A stretch of 64,000 nt of DNA from a virus (lineage: Duplodnaviria; Caudoviricetes): IMG/VR virus record IMGVR_UViG_3300028833_000058, one strand, 5' to 3'. The stretch's first letter is position 1. Every line of letters starts with the position of its first letter. The translations under genes and the position numbers were made by a program. The notes beneath the pieces were generated by a model. It searched no databases and was not told where the DNA came from. It worked only from the letters and a program-made list of their open reading frames with translations. Below, in pieces: positions 10,674 through 20,900 of the stretch.

Positions 10674-12733
10674 CACATGAAACAAACGTAAGAGCCTATA
10701 AGAATATACCTTTTGAATATAGACTTAAAAAAGACGGCTATTATGATATTACAGGTACTCTTAAAGGTGGTTGGAGTGTTTTTAATCTAGAGTTTCAGGC
10801 TTTCAACGGACTTAATATGAGTTATGAACAATTAAGCGGTTCACCAATGGTTGTTAAAGCAAACGCTGGACAATTGCCTGACTTAACCAATATAAATGGT
10901 GTTACAGGGTGCTTAAAGGAAGTAGGAGTAGGACCAGGTATCTATACCAACTATACGATAAATGGCTCACCAATAATAGATATTTACACAGGTATTGTAT
11001 CAAATTTAAGCGGTAGTAACTATCTATCTGCACAGGATTTGGGATTGGTAACACCTGATAATAACAAAACTTGGGAAGTTGTAGTAAAATTTACAACAGG
11101 TACAAGTATACCTAGCAATGAAATGAACGTATTTTGTACATCAGGTAGGTATAGTTCATACATATTACAATTAAGAAGTAACAACTTATATGCATTTTTA
11201 AGTTCTAATGGTAGTTCTTGGGATATTGCAAATGGTGCAATAGTTATGAGTATTACCGCAAATACTACTTATAAGATTAAGATAGAATTTACAGGAACAG
11301 AATATAATTGGTACTCTTACGAGAACGATAATTGGGTTTTAAAATATACTGTAACAAGTTCTGTTTCTGTTTATGCAGGTGCTAGATATGTAATAGGTGA
11401 TGGTTTTGTAAATGGCGGGATAGTAGATTTATCTGAAACGTATATGAAAGTAAATGGACAAATCGCTTGGACTCCTGCTGTTGGTAATGGATATGTAGCA
11501 AAAGTGTCAGCAGATAATTTTACCCTTTTTGGAAGTCCAACAATAGACTCTGATAAAGTGGTTTCTGGTTTTTCTACGACAAGTGGGTTAAGACTTCCTG
11601 AAACAACACCAAGTACAATTACAGATTTAGATATTATCTTTAAGGGTAATCTAACAAATGTATCTGCTAATAGCGTCATCTTTGCACATGCTTCTTCAAA
11701 TCAAAGATATGTTGGTATAAGAGGTACTGGTAAATTCGCTATGTATATAGGAAGCTGGGTAGAAGGTACAACGGCTTTATCAACTAATACAGAATATTGG
11801 TTCAGAGTTATTAAAGACGGAAACAACTATAAAGGCTATTTATTAGTAGATAACAACTACACACTAGATACTTTACCTGCTTTAAACGATTGGTCACAAG
11901 AATTCTCTACAACAACAAACATCTTTAACGGATATCTTTTCGATGTCGGGTACAATTCATATTCAACAGGTGAGTATTTTAAAGGTTCTATTGACCTCAA
12001 AGGTTGTAGCGTGAATATTAACGGCAGTGAGTTTTGGAATCCATTTGTTAAGAAAATGCCTGTTGAGGGATTGCTTCCGAGTGGCGTAACCGATGACGGC
12101 TCTGCACAAACTTGGAACTTGTTTTATAACAACGGCGATTACAGACTTAATACAGCAAGTACGATGACAGGATATACTTGGGTAGGTTCTGTTGCAATAC
12201 CTGCACATAGTTCTCCAACACCTGCACCAACTCCGACTAAATCTTATGATGTAATTGGTACTTTAACTAACGACAATGGTGTATATAGTGGATTTAGTGA
12301 CAACGATTATATTCAGTTGTCTACAGATTTGTTAGTACCTGGTAATACATTTGTATTCAAATTTACAACAGGTAGCGACCTTACTGATTTCCAAAATATA
12401 CTTGCGCCTGATAATTGGTTCGAGTTATATGTTGAGAATGATAATTTATACGCTTGGATAGAATCAGAGGGAGGTCCGATAAGTTGCGGCTCTGTATCAA
12501 CAGAAACAACGTATTGGGCGAAAGTTGAAACAACTTCTGATTCAGTTACACTGAGCTATTCAACAGATGGGGTAACATATACAGGTGCGGTATCAAGCCA
12601 TTGTGTAAAAGGTACAATACAACAGTTCAATGTTGGACACGGAATATTTGATTATGCAAACAGAAATTGGAGCGGTAGTATTGATATAACTAATTCTTGT
12701 ATAAAGAATAGCAGTGGCACTGTCATTTGGTAA
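10670..12733 (+). CDS. Virion protein with three tandem lectin/LamG-like modules
   Basis: Three repeats that begin NYTINGSPII / NFTLFGSPTI / SYDVIGTLT and end G(S/I)(I/V)D(L/I)...W; ATGA overlap with the upstream gene. Confidence 0.6.
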   Translation: MTHETNVRAYKNIPFEYRLKKDGYYDITGTLKGGWSVFNLEFQAFNGLNMSYEQLSGSPMVVKANAGQLPDLTNINGVTGCLKEVGVGPGIYTNYTINGSPIIDIYTGIVSNLSGSNYLSAQDLGLVTPDNNKTWEVVVKFTTGTSIPSNEMNVFCTSGRYSSYILQLRSNNLYAFLSSNGSSWDIANGAIVMSITANTTYKIKIEFTGTEYNWYSYENDNWVLKYTVTSSVSVYAGARYVIGDGFVNGGIVDLSETYMKVNGQIAWTPAVGNGYVAKVSADNFTLFGSPTIDSDKVVSGFSTTSGLRLPETTPSTITDLDIIFKGNLTNVSANSVIFAHASSNQRYVGIRGTGKFAMYIGSWVEGTTALSTNTEYWFRVIKDGNNYKGYLLVDNNYTLDTLPALNDWSQEFSTTTNIFNGYLFDVGYNSYSTGEYFKGSIDLKGCSVNINGSEFWNPFVKKMPVEGLLPSGVTDDGSAQTWNLFYNNGDYRLNTASTMTGYTWVGSVAIPAHSSPTPAPTPTKSYDVIGTLTNDNGVYSGFSDNDYIQLSTDLLVPGNTFVFKFTTGSDLTDFQNILAPDNWFELYVENDNLYAWIESEGGPISCGSVSTETTYWAKVETTSDSVTLSYSTDGVTYTGAVSSHCVKGTIQQFNVGHGIFDYANRNWSGSIDITNSCIKNSSGTVIW

Positions 12734-12782
12734 ACTTATTAGCAAATTTAATTTTGTTTAATATGTTTATAAACAATGTGAT

Positions 12783-12789
12783 AGTTCTA
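12783..12789 (+). promoter_or_regulatory. AGTTCTA motif, candidate late promoter
   Basis: Intergenic, upstream of 12853. Confidence 0.55.
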
Positions 12790-12852
12790 TATTCTTAGAT
12801 AGTAAGTTGTTTATTATCTGTTAACTAACTAGAATTTAAAGGAAAGATTATA

Positions 12853-13575
12853 ATGATGACTAAAGAAGAAATGTTGAAGATGCTTAAAGAAAACGCATTA
12901 AACGTTAAGAAAGCAGAAGATACGATTGAAAACATTGACGCTAAAGAAGTTGATGGCGTTGATAAGGCTGAAGGAATTCAAGGTTTGGATTCTGAATTAC
13001 CTACACAGAAAGATGTAGAAGCTTATGTTGCTAAAGACGAAGGACCGATGATTCCTGTTGACGCAGACGGTGTTTCTAAAGATGGTGGTGAAGATGACCG
13101 CATGGAAGCAGATAAAGTAGAAGCTGAACGTAAGAAAGAAGATAATGGTATTAAAGATGTTATCAATGTTTCTTCTCGTAAAGTTGAAGAATCTGCAGAA
13201 GTAAACAACGAACTCTTAGCTCAACTTCAGGAAGCTGCTGTTCGTGAAGAACAATACAAAGCTAAAATCGCTAAAATCAATGGTCTTTGCGAAAAAGCTT
13301 TGAAGACACAAGCAGAATCAATCACAAAAGAGCATGCTAAAGAAGTTTATGAAATCTTCGAATCTGTGATTGCTGAAGGTGAGAAGTTTGAAGCCGAATT
13401 GAAAGAAAGTGCTGCTAAAAATAAGAAATTGTATTTGACAGCTAAGAAACTTTACGAAGGCTCAAACAAATTGAACAAAATCTTGCTGGAAGCTGTTAAG
13501 AAAGCTCAACCAGAAAGAAAGATGACTAGATATTCAACACCTGCTTATCGTGCTGTAATGTCAATGTCGAAGTAA
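12853..13575 (+). CDS. Acidic/coiled-coil protein, possible head scaffold or internal protein
   Basis: Strong AAGGA RBS, Glu/Lys/Ala-rich heptads, own promoter motif and terminator. Function is inferred only. Confidence 0.45.
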   Translation: MMTKEEMLKMLKENALNVKKAEDTIENIDAKEVDGVDKAEGIQGLDSELPTQKDVEAYVAKDEGPMIPVDADGVSKDGGEDDRMEADKVEAERKKEDNGIKDVINVSSRKVEESAEVNNELLAQLQEAAVREEQYKAKIAKINGLCEKALKTQAESITKEHAKEVYEIFESVIAEGEKFEAELKESAAKNKKLYLTAKKLYEGSNKLNKILLEAVKKAQPERKMTRYSTPAYRAVMSMSK

Positions 13576-13607
13576 TTATGTTTTAATTATTCGTTTTGCA
13601 GTTCTCG

Positions 13608-13644
13608 AAGGAGTTGGATTCCAAAGTCTAACTCCTTTTTCTTT
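13608..13644 (+). terminator. Rho-independent terminator
   Basis: AAGGAGTTGGA-ttccaaag-TCTAACTCCTT hairpin followed by a T run. Confidence 0.8.
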
Positions 13645-13659
13645 CATCTGGAGGGGAAA

Positions 13660-14370
13660 ATGTTATTAGATATCATAAAAGCGATTTTAAGCCTTTTCAG
13701 TAAGCAAGAAGAACATAAACCACAAGTTGTTGCTGAAAAACCAAAATTGCTTACCTACGAGCAAATTTTGGCCATTAACGATAATAAAAATCCAGATATG
13801 TGTAAATATTACATCGATGCTTTAAATAAAGTACTTCCAGAGTATAAAATTGATACAAAATTAAGACTTTCACATTTTTTAGCTCAGATTCTTCATGAAA
13901 GTGGTAACTTTAGGTATAAGTCAGAGAATTTAAACTACTCTGCCACTGCTTTGCGTTCTGTCTTTCCAAAATATTTTAAGACAAACGCTATTGCAAATGA
14001 ATATGCAAGAAAACCAGAGAAGATTGGTAACAGGGTTTATGCCAATCGTATGGGAAACGGTAATGAAACTAGTGGAGATGGGTTCAAATATCGTGGAAGA
14101 GGTCTAATTCAGCTCACAGGTAAGTCAAATTATAGGGCCTGTGGAGAAGATTTAGGTATAGATTTATTAAAATTACCAGATTTGATTATATCAGACCCAG
14201 AAATTTGTGTAAAAACAGCCTGTTGGTTTTGGAATAGGAATAATTTGAATAGTTTAGCTGACCAAGACGATATTAAAACCATAACAAAACGTATAAATGG
14301 TGGTTTTAATGGTCTAGAAGATAGACAAAGGTTGTTGGCACGAGCTAAACAAGTTTTATTTACTTCCTAA
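13660..14370 (+). CDS. Glycoside hydrolase family 19 endolysin
   Basis: HFLAQILHESG, ENLNYS, YANRMGNG, GDGFKYRGRGLIQLTGKSNY and TKRINGGFNGLEDR motifs. Confidence 0.95.
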   Translation: MLLDIIKAILSLFSKQEEHKPQVVAEKPKLLTYEQILAINDNKNPDMCKYYIDALNKVLPEYKIDTKLRLSHFLAQILHESGNFRYKSENLNYSATALRSVFPKYFKTNAIANEYARKPEKIGNRVYANRMGNGNETSGDGFKYRGRGLIQLTGKSNYRACGEDLGIDLLKLPDLIISDPEICVKTACWFWNRNNLNSLADQDDIKTITKRINGGFNGLEDRQRLLARAKQVLFTS

Positions 14371-15381
14371 CCAGTTATAAAACATTTTTAATGCACAATT
14401 TTTAGATTTTGACTTTATATGCATCTTACTAGCCATACAAGGTAATCTACAAAATGGATAATATTGACAATTTGAACATTTTAAGTTGTTTATAGCTATT
14501 TCAAATTGTCTTTTTGTGCAATTGTCGTTATCATAACATTCTGTTAAACTCATTCCGTATTCATTTAACATACTTAATGTACCAGACCTTAATAAACACG
14601 AGAATACAAGACGATTATTGATAAATGAGCAACTGTTTTTACATATACAATATCTTCCATTCGGATTATTGTAACTTTCAACTATGTGTTTAACTTCTTT
14701 TATGTTTTCAAATTTGTTTTCATAACAAAATTTATAAAATTCAAATAGGTCTTCTTCTGAAGGAGCATATTTTTCCCAATTTAAGTTATAAATGTAATAT
14801 TCTGGGTATATTTCAAACTTTCTTAAACGTTCTAATTGATTTCCTCTAATATATTCGTGTATACAATCTTTTGTTAAGGTTATTGATATCACTCTTGGAT
14901 TAAAAATATCAATGTTTTTCCACCAAATTTCTTCTGTGTTACCATGAAATCTAGATATTGGGTCGTAAGATGTCGCTATATAACAATCTTTTTCTAATAA
15001 GTCATGTACTCTAGTTACTTTATTGAACACTAAATTTGTTGAAAAGCAAAATTCACATTTATAATTATTGCTGTTACACCAGTCTCTTAAAATGGTTACC
15101 ATTTGTTTATAGCAGGTGAAATATTCATCACCTAAAGAATCCATAAACAACTCCCCACCCCAAAATCTAAAGACAAGATTTTTAATCTCTTTTCTCTTTT
15201 GTTTGATTGTGTCTAATTCATGTATCAAAACGAATGTAGAATCGATAATTTCTTCACACGTTTTCAAATCAGTATGTTTTTCAAAACAGAACTTACAGTG
15301 TAAATTACATCTATCAAAGAGAATTACACATATTTCTAAAGTGTCGTTGTGTTTATAAAAATTATCAAATAGATTATTCAT
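14356..15381 (-). CDS. Radical SAM enzyme with SPASM-like C-terminus (rSAM-6)
   Basis: CNLHCKFC cluster motif, WGGE, STNL; C-terminal CSNCQYYPFCRLPC. Confidence 0.92.
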   Translation of the reverse strand: MNNLFDNFYKHNDTLEICVILFDRCNLHCKFCFEKHTDLKTCEEIIDSTFVLIHELDTIKQKRKEIKNLVFRFWGGELFMDSLGDEYFTCYKQMVTILRDWCNSNNYKCEFCFSTNLVFNKVTRVHDLLEKDCYIATSYDPISRFHGNTEEIWWKNIDIFNPRVISITLTKDCIHEYIRGNQLERLRKFEIYPEYYIYNLNWEKYAPSEEDLFEFYKFCYENKFENIKEVKHIVESYNNPNGRYCICKNSCSFINNRLVFSCLLRSGTLSMLNEYGMSLTECYDNDNCTKRQFEIAINNLKCSNCQYYPFCRLPCMASKMHIKSKSKNCALKMFYNWLGSK

Positions 15382-16537
15382 CGTTTACTATCTCAAACAG
15401 CATTTTATTAATACATTCTTTTGGTTTCCAAATGAACTGATGATTTTGATAACACCCACGTAAATTTCTTTCTGAACACCACGGTTTATATTTACATAAG
15501 TTACATTTATATCTCTTATTGAAAAATGTTTCAACATGCTCATGATGTTTTAGACAGGTAAATTCACCATTCAATTTGTTTTTTATTATGTTTTCTTTTT
15601 TAATGTCATCGTGTTCTGGCCAAAAGATGTAAGGAATTAGTTCACACGGTGATTCTTCTCTGCCAAACATCGGTATAAATTCAACTGTTTCACAATACGA
15701 TTTGAAATCATCTTTGTTTATTTTAATATCAATATTGTGTGACATGAAGACATTTAACTCAATTCCATGCCTATTCTTAATTTCATTATAGAAGTTACGA
15801 TAATCGTCAAAGGTAGGCACTTCTGACATACTATTAGAATTATAAGGTTGATATTCGTTAAAAACAAGTGACAATCGTTTGTTTTTATCCATTTCTAATA
15901 ATTTATCAAAGAGAATGACACTATTGTTATTTTTGTCTTCTATGTATTTGTTCATAGAAGATTTAGTCAAAATAGTCTCTATTAACAAATCATCTTCTTT
16001 TACCAATACCTTTTCTAAATTGTTTTGCCAAATTTTTAACGATAAATCATTTTTAAATCTTCCGTGTACATCATAAGAAGTTGCTATGTTGACTAACTTG
16101 TTTTTTTGTGATATGTAATCAAATAAGTTAAATAATCTATCTAATCTTTCTTTTTCTAATATTAAGTTTGAAAACAACGTATTGTGGAGTTTTACTGGCT
16201 TATTAGTGGTTATTTCATAGAGTGAATCAAACAATTTGTAAAAATAATCAAAATATTCTTTCGGCAACACTCCTATTTCACCACCGATAAAATAATGCTT
16301 TAACAATGTTCCGTTAGGTAATCTGTCTATATTTTCATTTAGCCATTGTATTTCATACTCTCCGATTTTTTTAAACTCTTCTAACGACATTAGTTTGTTA
16401 TCGTGTATTGATTTTAAACAACAAAAATCACAATTGTTATTACACTGAGCAAAAGTAAAAGCATAAGGGAGTAATCCTAAAACTTTAGTCTTTTGTACCA
16501 TCTCTATTAAATCGTTAGTACGTTTATCACTTAACAT
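15374..16537 (-). CDS. Radical SAM enzyme with SPASM-like C-terminus (rSAM-5)
   Basis: CNNNCDFC, IGGE, FSNL; C-terminal CNLCKYKPWC...GC. Confidence 0.9.
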   Translation of the reverse strand: MLSDKRTNDLIEMVQKTKVLGLLPYAFTFAQCNNNCDFCCLKSIHDNKLMSLEEFKKIGEYEIQWLNENIDRLPNGTLLKHYFIGGEIGVLPKEYFDYFYKLFDSLYEITTNKPVKLHNTLFSNLILEKERLDRLFNLFDYISQKNKLVNIATSYDVHGRFKNDLSLKIWQNNLEKVLVKEDDLLIETILTKSSMNKYIEDKNNNSVILFDKLLEMDKNKRLSLVFNEYQPYNSNSMSEVPTFDDYRNFYNEIKNRHGIELNVFMSHNIDIKINKDDFKSYCETVEFIPMFGREESPCELIPYIFWPEHDDIKKENIIKNKLNGEFTCLKHHEHVETFFNKRYKCNLCKYKPWCSERNLRGCYQNHQFIWKPKECINKMLFEIVNDE

Positions 16538-17523
16538 TGTAAATTTTCCTTTATTTTGTCAATTAACATTTTTAACCCTGGACACCCTGTTTTATCGAAA
16601 CTTAACTGACAACATTCGCCTCTACATATGTTGTAATAGGAACAAGTTAAACATCTCTCGTTCAATTTTCTTTCTTGTGATATCAATTTCTTATGTAATG
16701 ATTCATTGTACCCATTGTTGTCAACAATGTGAATATTTGATATATTAGGGCAAGTTGCTATAGTACCATCAGTATTAACTGTTATGACATTCTCCATACA
16801 TCTTCTTTCTCTGCAACCAATTGGGTCATTTCCTTTTATAATGTTTTCTAGTTCTTCAAAAAGTTGTATTTTGATGTCATGGTGTTGTAAATTGTAAATA
16901 TATAGTTCTGTTAACCATTTATCTATATCTACGTTATCTGGTTTTATTTTTACAACAGCAGCTCTACCAGTTTCTGTTATTCTTTCAAAATTTATAATTT
17001 TTATTCCTAATTCTTTGAAATAGTTCATTAATTTACTTGGTTTATGTGACAAAGTAAATTTATTCAATGTAACAATTACTTCAACATCGAATCCTTTTTG
17101 TAACAAAGATTTTACATTATTTTCCCAAATGTTACGTTGATTAACTGTTGTGAACCTATAGTCATCAACATCCCAACTTGTTTTTAGAAATTTTTTGTCA
17201 AAAAGTGAAAAAAGTTCTATTAGTTTATCAGTGAGTTTGTATGTTAAGTTTGTTGTAGCACTCCATTTTATAGTTGGGTAACTCTTAATCAATTCGATAT
17301 AATTTTGTATTGTATTGTCTTCTGCTTGAAAAAAAGGTTCTCCACCATGGAATACACACTCTATTTGTTTAAATTTGTTTACATGTGAGTCTAGGATGTT
17401 TCTGATTACATTTACATCAAGTCTTTTTTTATCAGAAAATATACCAGAGTTCATATAGCATCCTTTGCAATTTAAATTACATTGGTTTGTCATACATAGA
17501 TAGATTTTCTTATACTCATTCAT
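16531..17523 (-). CDS. Radical SAM/SPASM enzyme (rSAM-4)
   Basis: CNLNCKGC, FHGGEP, TTNL; SPASM-like CRERRC...DGTIATCP...CLTCSYYNICRGECC. Start placed at 17523 (GGTGA RBS) rather than 17547. Confidence 0.95.
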   Translation of the reverse strand: MNEYKKIYLCMTNQCNLNCKGCYMNSGIFSDKKRLDVNVIRNILDSHVNKFKQIECVFHGGEPFFQAEDNTIQNYIELIKSYPTIKWSATTNLTYKLTDKLIELFSLFDKKFLKTSWDVDDYRFTTVNQRNIWENNVKSLLQKGFDVEVIVTLNKFTLSHKPSKLMNYFKELGIKIINFERITETGRAAVVKIKPDNVDIDKWLTELYIYNLQHHDIKIQLFEELENIIKGNDPIGCRERRCMENVITVNTDGTIATCPNISNIHIVDNNGYNESLHKKLISQERKLNERCLTCSYYNICRGECCQLSFDKTGCPGLKMLIDKIKENLQC

Positions 17524-17527
17524 GTTA

Positions 17528-18472
17528 TCACCATCTTTCGTTTTCAATATCTTCAGCTACTTTTAAAAGGTTTTTACAGCCATCACATTTTATTTTAGTT
17601 AAGTGTTCTGTCCAACAATTTCCATAATATTTACAATTTCCACATCTCTTTATATACTCCATACGTTCTTTTTTAGCGTCAGCTATATAACTTTCTACGT
17701 CATCATACCACTTAAAATACTCTAAATTATCGTTAGTGTAATAAACTGCACCAAACTTTCCATCTGGTGAAATTCTTATACACTGGTCATTCGTAGCTAT
17801 AGGATATGTTCGATTTAAACAAGATTTTAAACCGTTTTCTAAACACAATTTGTAGTCAAAATCCTTTTCGTGAGACGTGTAATAAGTTAAAATATTTATA
17901 AGAAAGTTTTCATATTGGTCTTGTGTGATTTTATATACATCGCCAGTGTTTATACTCGGATAGTATTTTACGAAAGACACCCATTGTATATTCAAACCGT
18001 TATATCCATCTAAAGCATCTTTTGGGGTTTTTCTTATGAGAGAAGGACTAACTATACTCAAAACTGTTAAATTTTCTAAATTTACACCTTTCTTCAGGAT
18101 AGACTTTATATAATCATAATCTGGTCTTTCTTCGTTTAAAGATGTTGAAAAGAAAGTATTCTTGAATATATGTAACTTTGAGATGTCATAGAAGTTCGTA
18201 GTTAAATAATTCTTACATTTGTATTGAATTAATATATCGTTTAACTCTTTTAAGTATGTATTCGGTAAGAGTGTTATCTCTCCACCATACAGATTAAATT
18301 TTTCAATTTCAAAATATTGTGAAATTTGTTTAAGTCTTTGTTTTAATGTATTTAAGTCCAATATTGATTCACCATGGTGATTGTTTAAATAACAAAACTC
18401 ACAATTGTTATTACAAAGGTACGTTGGAAAAATTGAAACGATTATTTTATTTTTCATTCCTGACCCTTTCAT
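17528..18472 (-). CDS. Radical SAM enzyme (rSAM-3)
   Basis: PTYLCNNNCEFC, YGGE, TTNF; C-terminal CGNCKYYGNC...CDGC. The true start may be 18457. Confidence 0.92.
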   Translation of the reverse strand: MKGSGMKNKIIVSIFPTYLCNNNCEFCYLNNHHGESILDLNTLKQRLKQISQYFEIEKFNLYGGEITLLPNTYLKELNDILIQYKCKNYLTTNFYDISKLHIFKNTFFSTSLNEERPDYDYIKSILKKGVNLENLTVLSIVSPSLIRKTPKDALDGYNGLNIQWVSFVKYYPSINTGDVYKITQDQYENFLINILTYYTSHEKDFDYKLCLENGLKSCLNRTYPIATNDQCIRISPDGKFGAVYYTNDNLEYFKWYDDVESYIADAKKERMEYIKRCGNCKYYGNCWTEHLTKIKCDGCKNLLKVAEDIENERW

Positions 18473-19283
18473 AAAATTTTGGAAAGAAAGAACATCTTGT
18501 ATGTAATTTACAGGGAATACAATTTTTATTATACATACATGTAAGACATCTTTTTAAAACATGCGGCTTGTAGTTTTCTGCAAATACACATTTTTCTTGT
18601 ATCGTTCCGTTTGGTAAAATTGTTTTTGTATTGCAATTAAAATTCCAATTTAATATCTGTTCTTTTATTAAATTTTTTATCATCAAATTTTGAATTGTCC
18701 ATTCTTCATCTAATTTACATAACCAATCGTCTACTGTGTTTTGAAAATCGTCATTTAAGTCATTGTCAATGAGACATTCGAAAAGTATACTGTCAATGTT
18801 TTCAAAACTTTTAATGATTTCAATGAGATGTTCTGGATTCATTTTAACAACATCTTTGTCTAACGTTATCAATAGCAATGGTGATTTTTTTAAAAGTTTT
18901 AAGTTATTTAGCCAGATTTTAAACAATTCATTTGACGAAAATCTATTTGGATTCCAACTTGTTGCTACACTCAAGTCATGTTTGTTTATTTCGTCTATAA
19001 TTTGTTTATCTGTAAAGATAAGATTTGTTGTAATAGAGGTTATTACATCTGTATCTAAGATTTCTATAAAAAGTTTCTTATTAAGAGTAGGTTCCCCACC
19101 ATGAAGAATAAAATTTGCTTCTGGATATTTATGTTTTTGGGACAACATTGTTTTGAAAAAAACTTCTTTGTTAAAACTATACGGTTTATTTTTCACTGTA
19201 CAGTGCGAACAGTTTAGATTACATTTCCAACTAGGTACGATGTAAAATGTTAATTCAGATGAGTCCATATTTTGATAAATCAT
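18447..19283 (-). CDS. Radical SAM enzyme (rSAM-2)
   Basis: PSWKCNLNCSHC, HGGEP, TTNL; C-terminal CLTCMYNKNCIPC. Confidence 0.92.
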   Translation of the reverse strand: MIYQNMDSSELTFYIVPSWKCNLNCSHCTVKNKPYSFNKEVFFKTMLSQKHKYPEANFILHGGEPTLNKKLFIEILDTDVITSITTNLIFTDKQIIDEINKHDLSVATSWNPNRFSSNELFKIWLNNLKLLKKSPLLLITLDKDVVKMNPEHLIEIIKSFENIDSILFECLIDNDLNDDFQNTVDDWLCKLDEEWTIQNLMIKNLIKEQILNWNFNCNTKTILPNGTIQEKCVFAENYKPHVLKRCLTCMYNKNCIPCKLHTRCSFFPKFYERVRNEK

Positions 19284-20205
19284 TGTAGTTTTCTTTCATC
19301 CATTTACATTGCTCATTCTTATATTGTTTAGAATAAAATACGTTTAGTGAGCAAGAATTACACAAATGGAACATTTTACATGTTAAACATTTTTCAAAAA
19401 GAACATCTTTTTGTATATTTATTTCATCTTTTGAACTTATAATATCTTCACAATGGTGTTCTATTAATTCTCCAGAGTTATTTACATAAACAACTTTATT
19501 GTATAAGCAATGTTTATACGACTTCGGATATGGACATTTTCCGTTATAAAATGCGTCTAAGCTTTCTAATTGGTCACCATATCCATTTTTTATAATATCT
19601 AAATATAGTTTGATTAACTTATATCTAGGATAGAAAGATTTACTTAACCCAAGTGGCATTTGTTGATTTAATTTAAATGTAGTACCTAGTTTTTTTGCCA
19701 ATTCACCTGCTTTTAGTACTTCGGTTTCATTGTTTTCGTTGACAATGTAAATAAACATTAGTTTTTCATTGTACATTTCATAAAATTTGTTAAAAATTTT
19801 TACAAATTCGTCTTCTGTGAACACTGAATTTTCTCTTCTGTCTTCACCATATTGAAAACTAGTGACTACCCCAACATGAGGGTTAGTAAAAAGATATTCA
19901 AATTTTTCTGGGTCTTTATACCATAGCGTTAAATTAGACGTTAATGACAAATTGTAATCAGTTCCATTCTGTTCTAAACAATTTATCAAGTCTAAAAAAT
20001 ACGTCTTTGGATTAACCAATGGTTCACCACCAGTTATAATTACATCAGATGGTTTATATTCTTTTAAAAACTGTTTTAATTTTTCAGGAACGTATTCGTG
20101 TAAAGGTATATTTAAAAGTTTAGCACTACAAAATGTACAATTAAAGTTACAAACACTAGTTGGTTTGATAATAAGTGTTTTTTTACCAAATTCTTTTTGA
20201 TTCAT
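19255..20205 (-). CDS. Radical SAM enzyme (rSAM-1)
   Basis: IKPTSVCNFNCTFC, TGGEP, TSNL; C-terminal CLTCKMFHLCNSC. Confidence 0.93.
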   Translation of the reverse strand: MNQKEFGKKTLIIKPTSVCNFNCTFCSAKLLNIPLHEYVPEKLKQFLKEYKPSDVIITGGEPLVNPKTYFLDLINCLEQNGTDYNLSLTSNLTLWYKDPEKFEYLFTNPHVGVVTSFQYGEDRRENSVFTEDEFVKIFNKFYEMYNEKLMFIYIVNENNETEVLKAGELAKKLGTTFKLNQQMPLGLSKSFYPRYKLIKLYLDIIKNGYGDQLESLDAFYNGKCPYPKSYKHCLYNKVVYVNNSGELIEHHCEDIISSKDEINIQKDVLFEKCLTCKMFHLCNSCSLNVFYSKQYKNEQCKWMKENYNDLSKYGLI

Positions 20206-20216
20206 GCCAGTAACCT

Positions 20217-20888
20217 TTATACTAATCCAAAAATTCTCACAGAAGGTAAAGATAACATAGCCTTATAAAATCCGAATTCTTTGGATATATTCTTTATAAT
20301 GTATTCGTATAAAACATGCTCATAGTCATTTGTGTAATATAGCCTAATCGCATCACATTCGATTGGATATTTTATTAGTATGTGTTTAATCGTTTCATAA
20401 AAAACAGGTTTTTCCTTTACAATCTTCCCCTTATAGGAATCGTATTCTATTAATTTATTATCTTTATTTTTTTCTAACAAAAATGTTACTTCATCTAAAG
20501 ATATTAAAAATTGTATTATGTCTTTTATTAATTCTTGATTACGATTTCTAAAAATCTTTATTTCATCTTGTGATAGTATTGATTCTCTAAAGATGATTTC
20601 ATTTGATACAAGATTCAATATACATTGATTAAATTGGTCTATACCCTTATCTAACATCAAATTTGCTTTTAAATATGTTAATAACCATAACTCTTTTGTT
20701 TCGTAGTCACAATTTTCAAAATCAAAAGAACAATTTAACTCTAAGTTTCTTATGTAGATGATTGCTGATAAAATCTGGTTATCCACATCTTCAAATTTTA
20801 TGTCATTGGGATTGATTACATACATGTTAGAAGAGTAATCTGTATCTTCAATGTATTCTTCATTCAGTGGTAATCCAGTGTGTTGCAT
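20217..20888 (-). CDS. Hypothetical accessory protein of the radical SAM operon
   Basis: 223-aa ORF with GAAAGGA RBS between the candidate substrate gene and the first rSAM gene; no family recognised. Confidence 0.7.
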   Translation of the reverse strand: MQHTGLPLNEEYIEDTDYSSNMYVINPNDIKFEDVDNQILSAIIYIRNLELNCSFDFENCDYETKELWLLTYLKANLMLDKGIDQFNQCILNLVSNEIIFRESILSQDEIKIFRNRNQELIKDIIQFLISLDEVTFLLEKNKDNKLIEYDSYKGKIVKEKPVFYETIKHILIKYPIECDAIRLYYTNDYEHVLYEYIIKNISKEFGFYKAMLSLPSVRIFGLV

Positions 20889-20900
20889 GTTTTTCCTTTC

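Noticed and set aside
14356-20205. rSAM genes as queuosine/7-deazaguanine, NrdG, MoaA or anaerobic sulfatase maturation functions
   Set aside because: No QueC/QueD/FolE, NrdD, Moa or sulfatase partners are nearby. The C-terminal Cys clusters and the adjacent repeat-tailed protein fit peptide/protein maturases better, though this is not excluded without a search.
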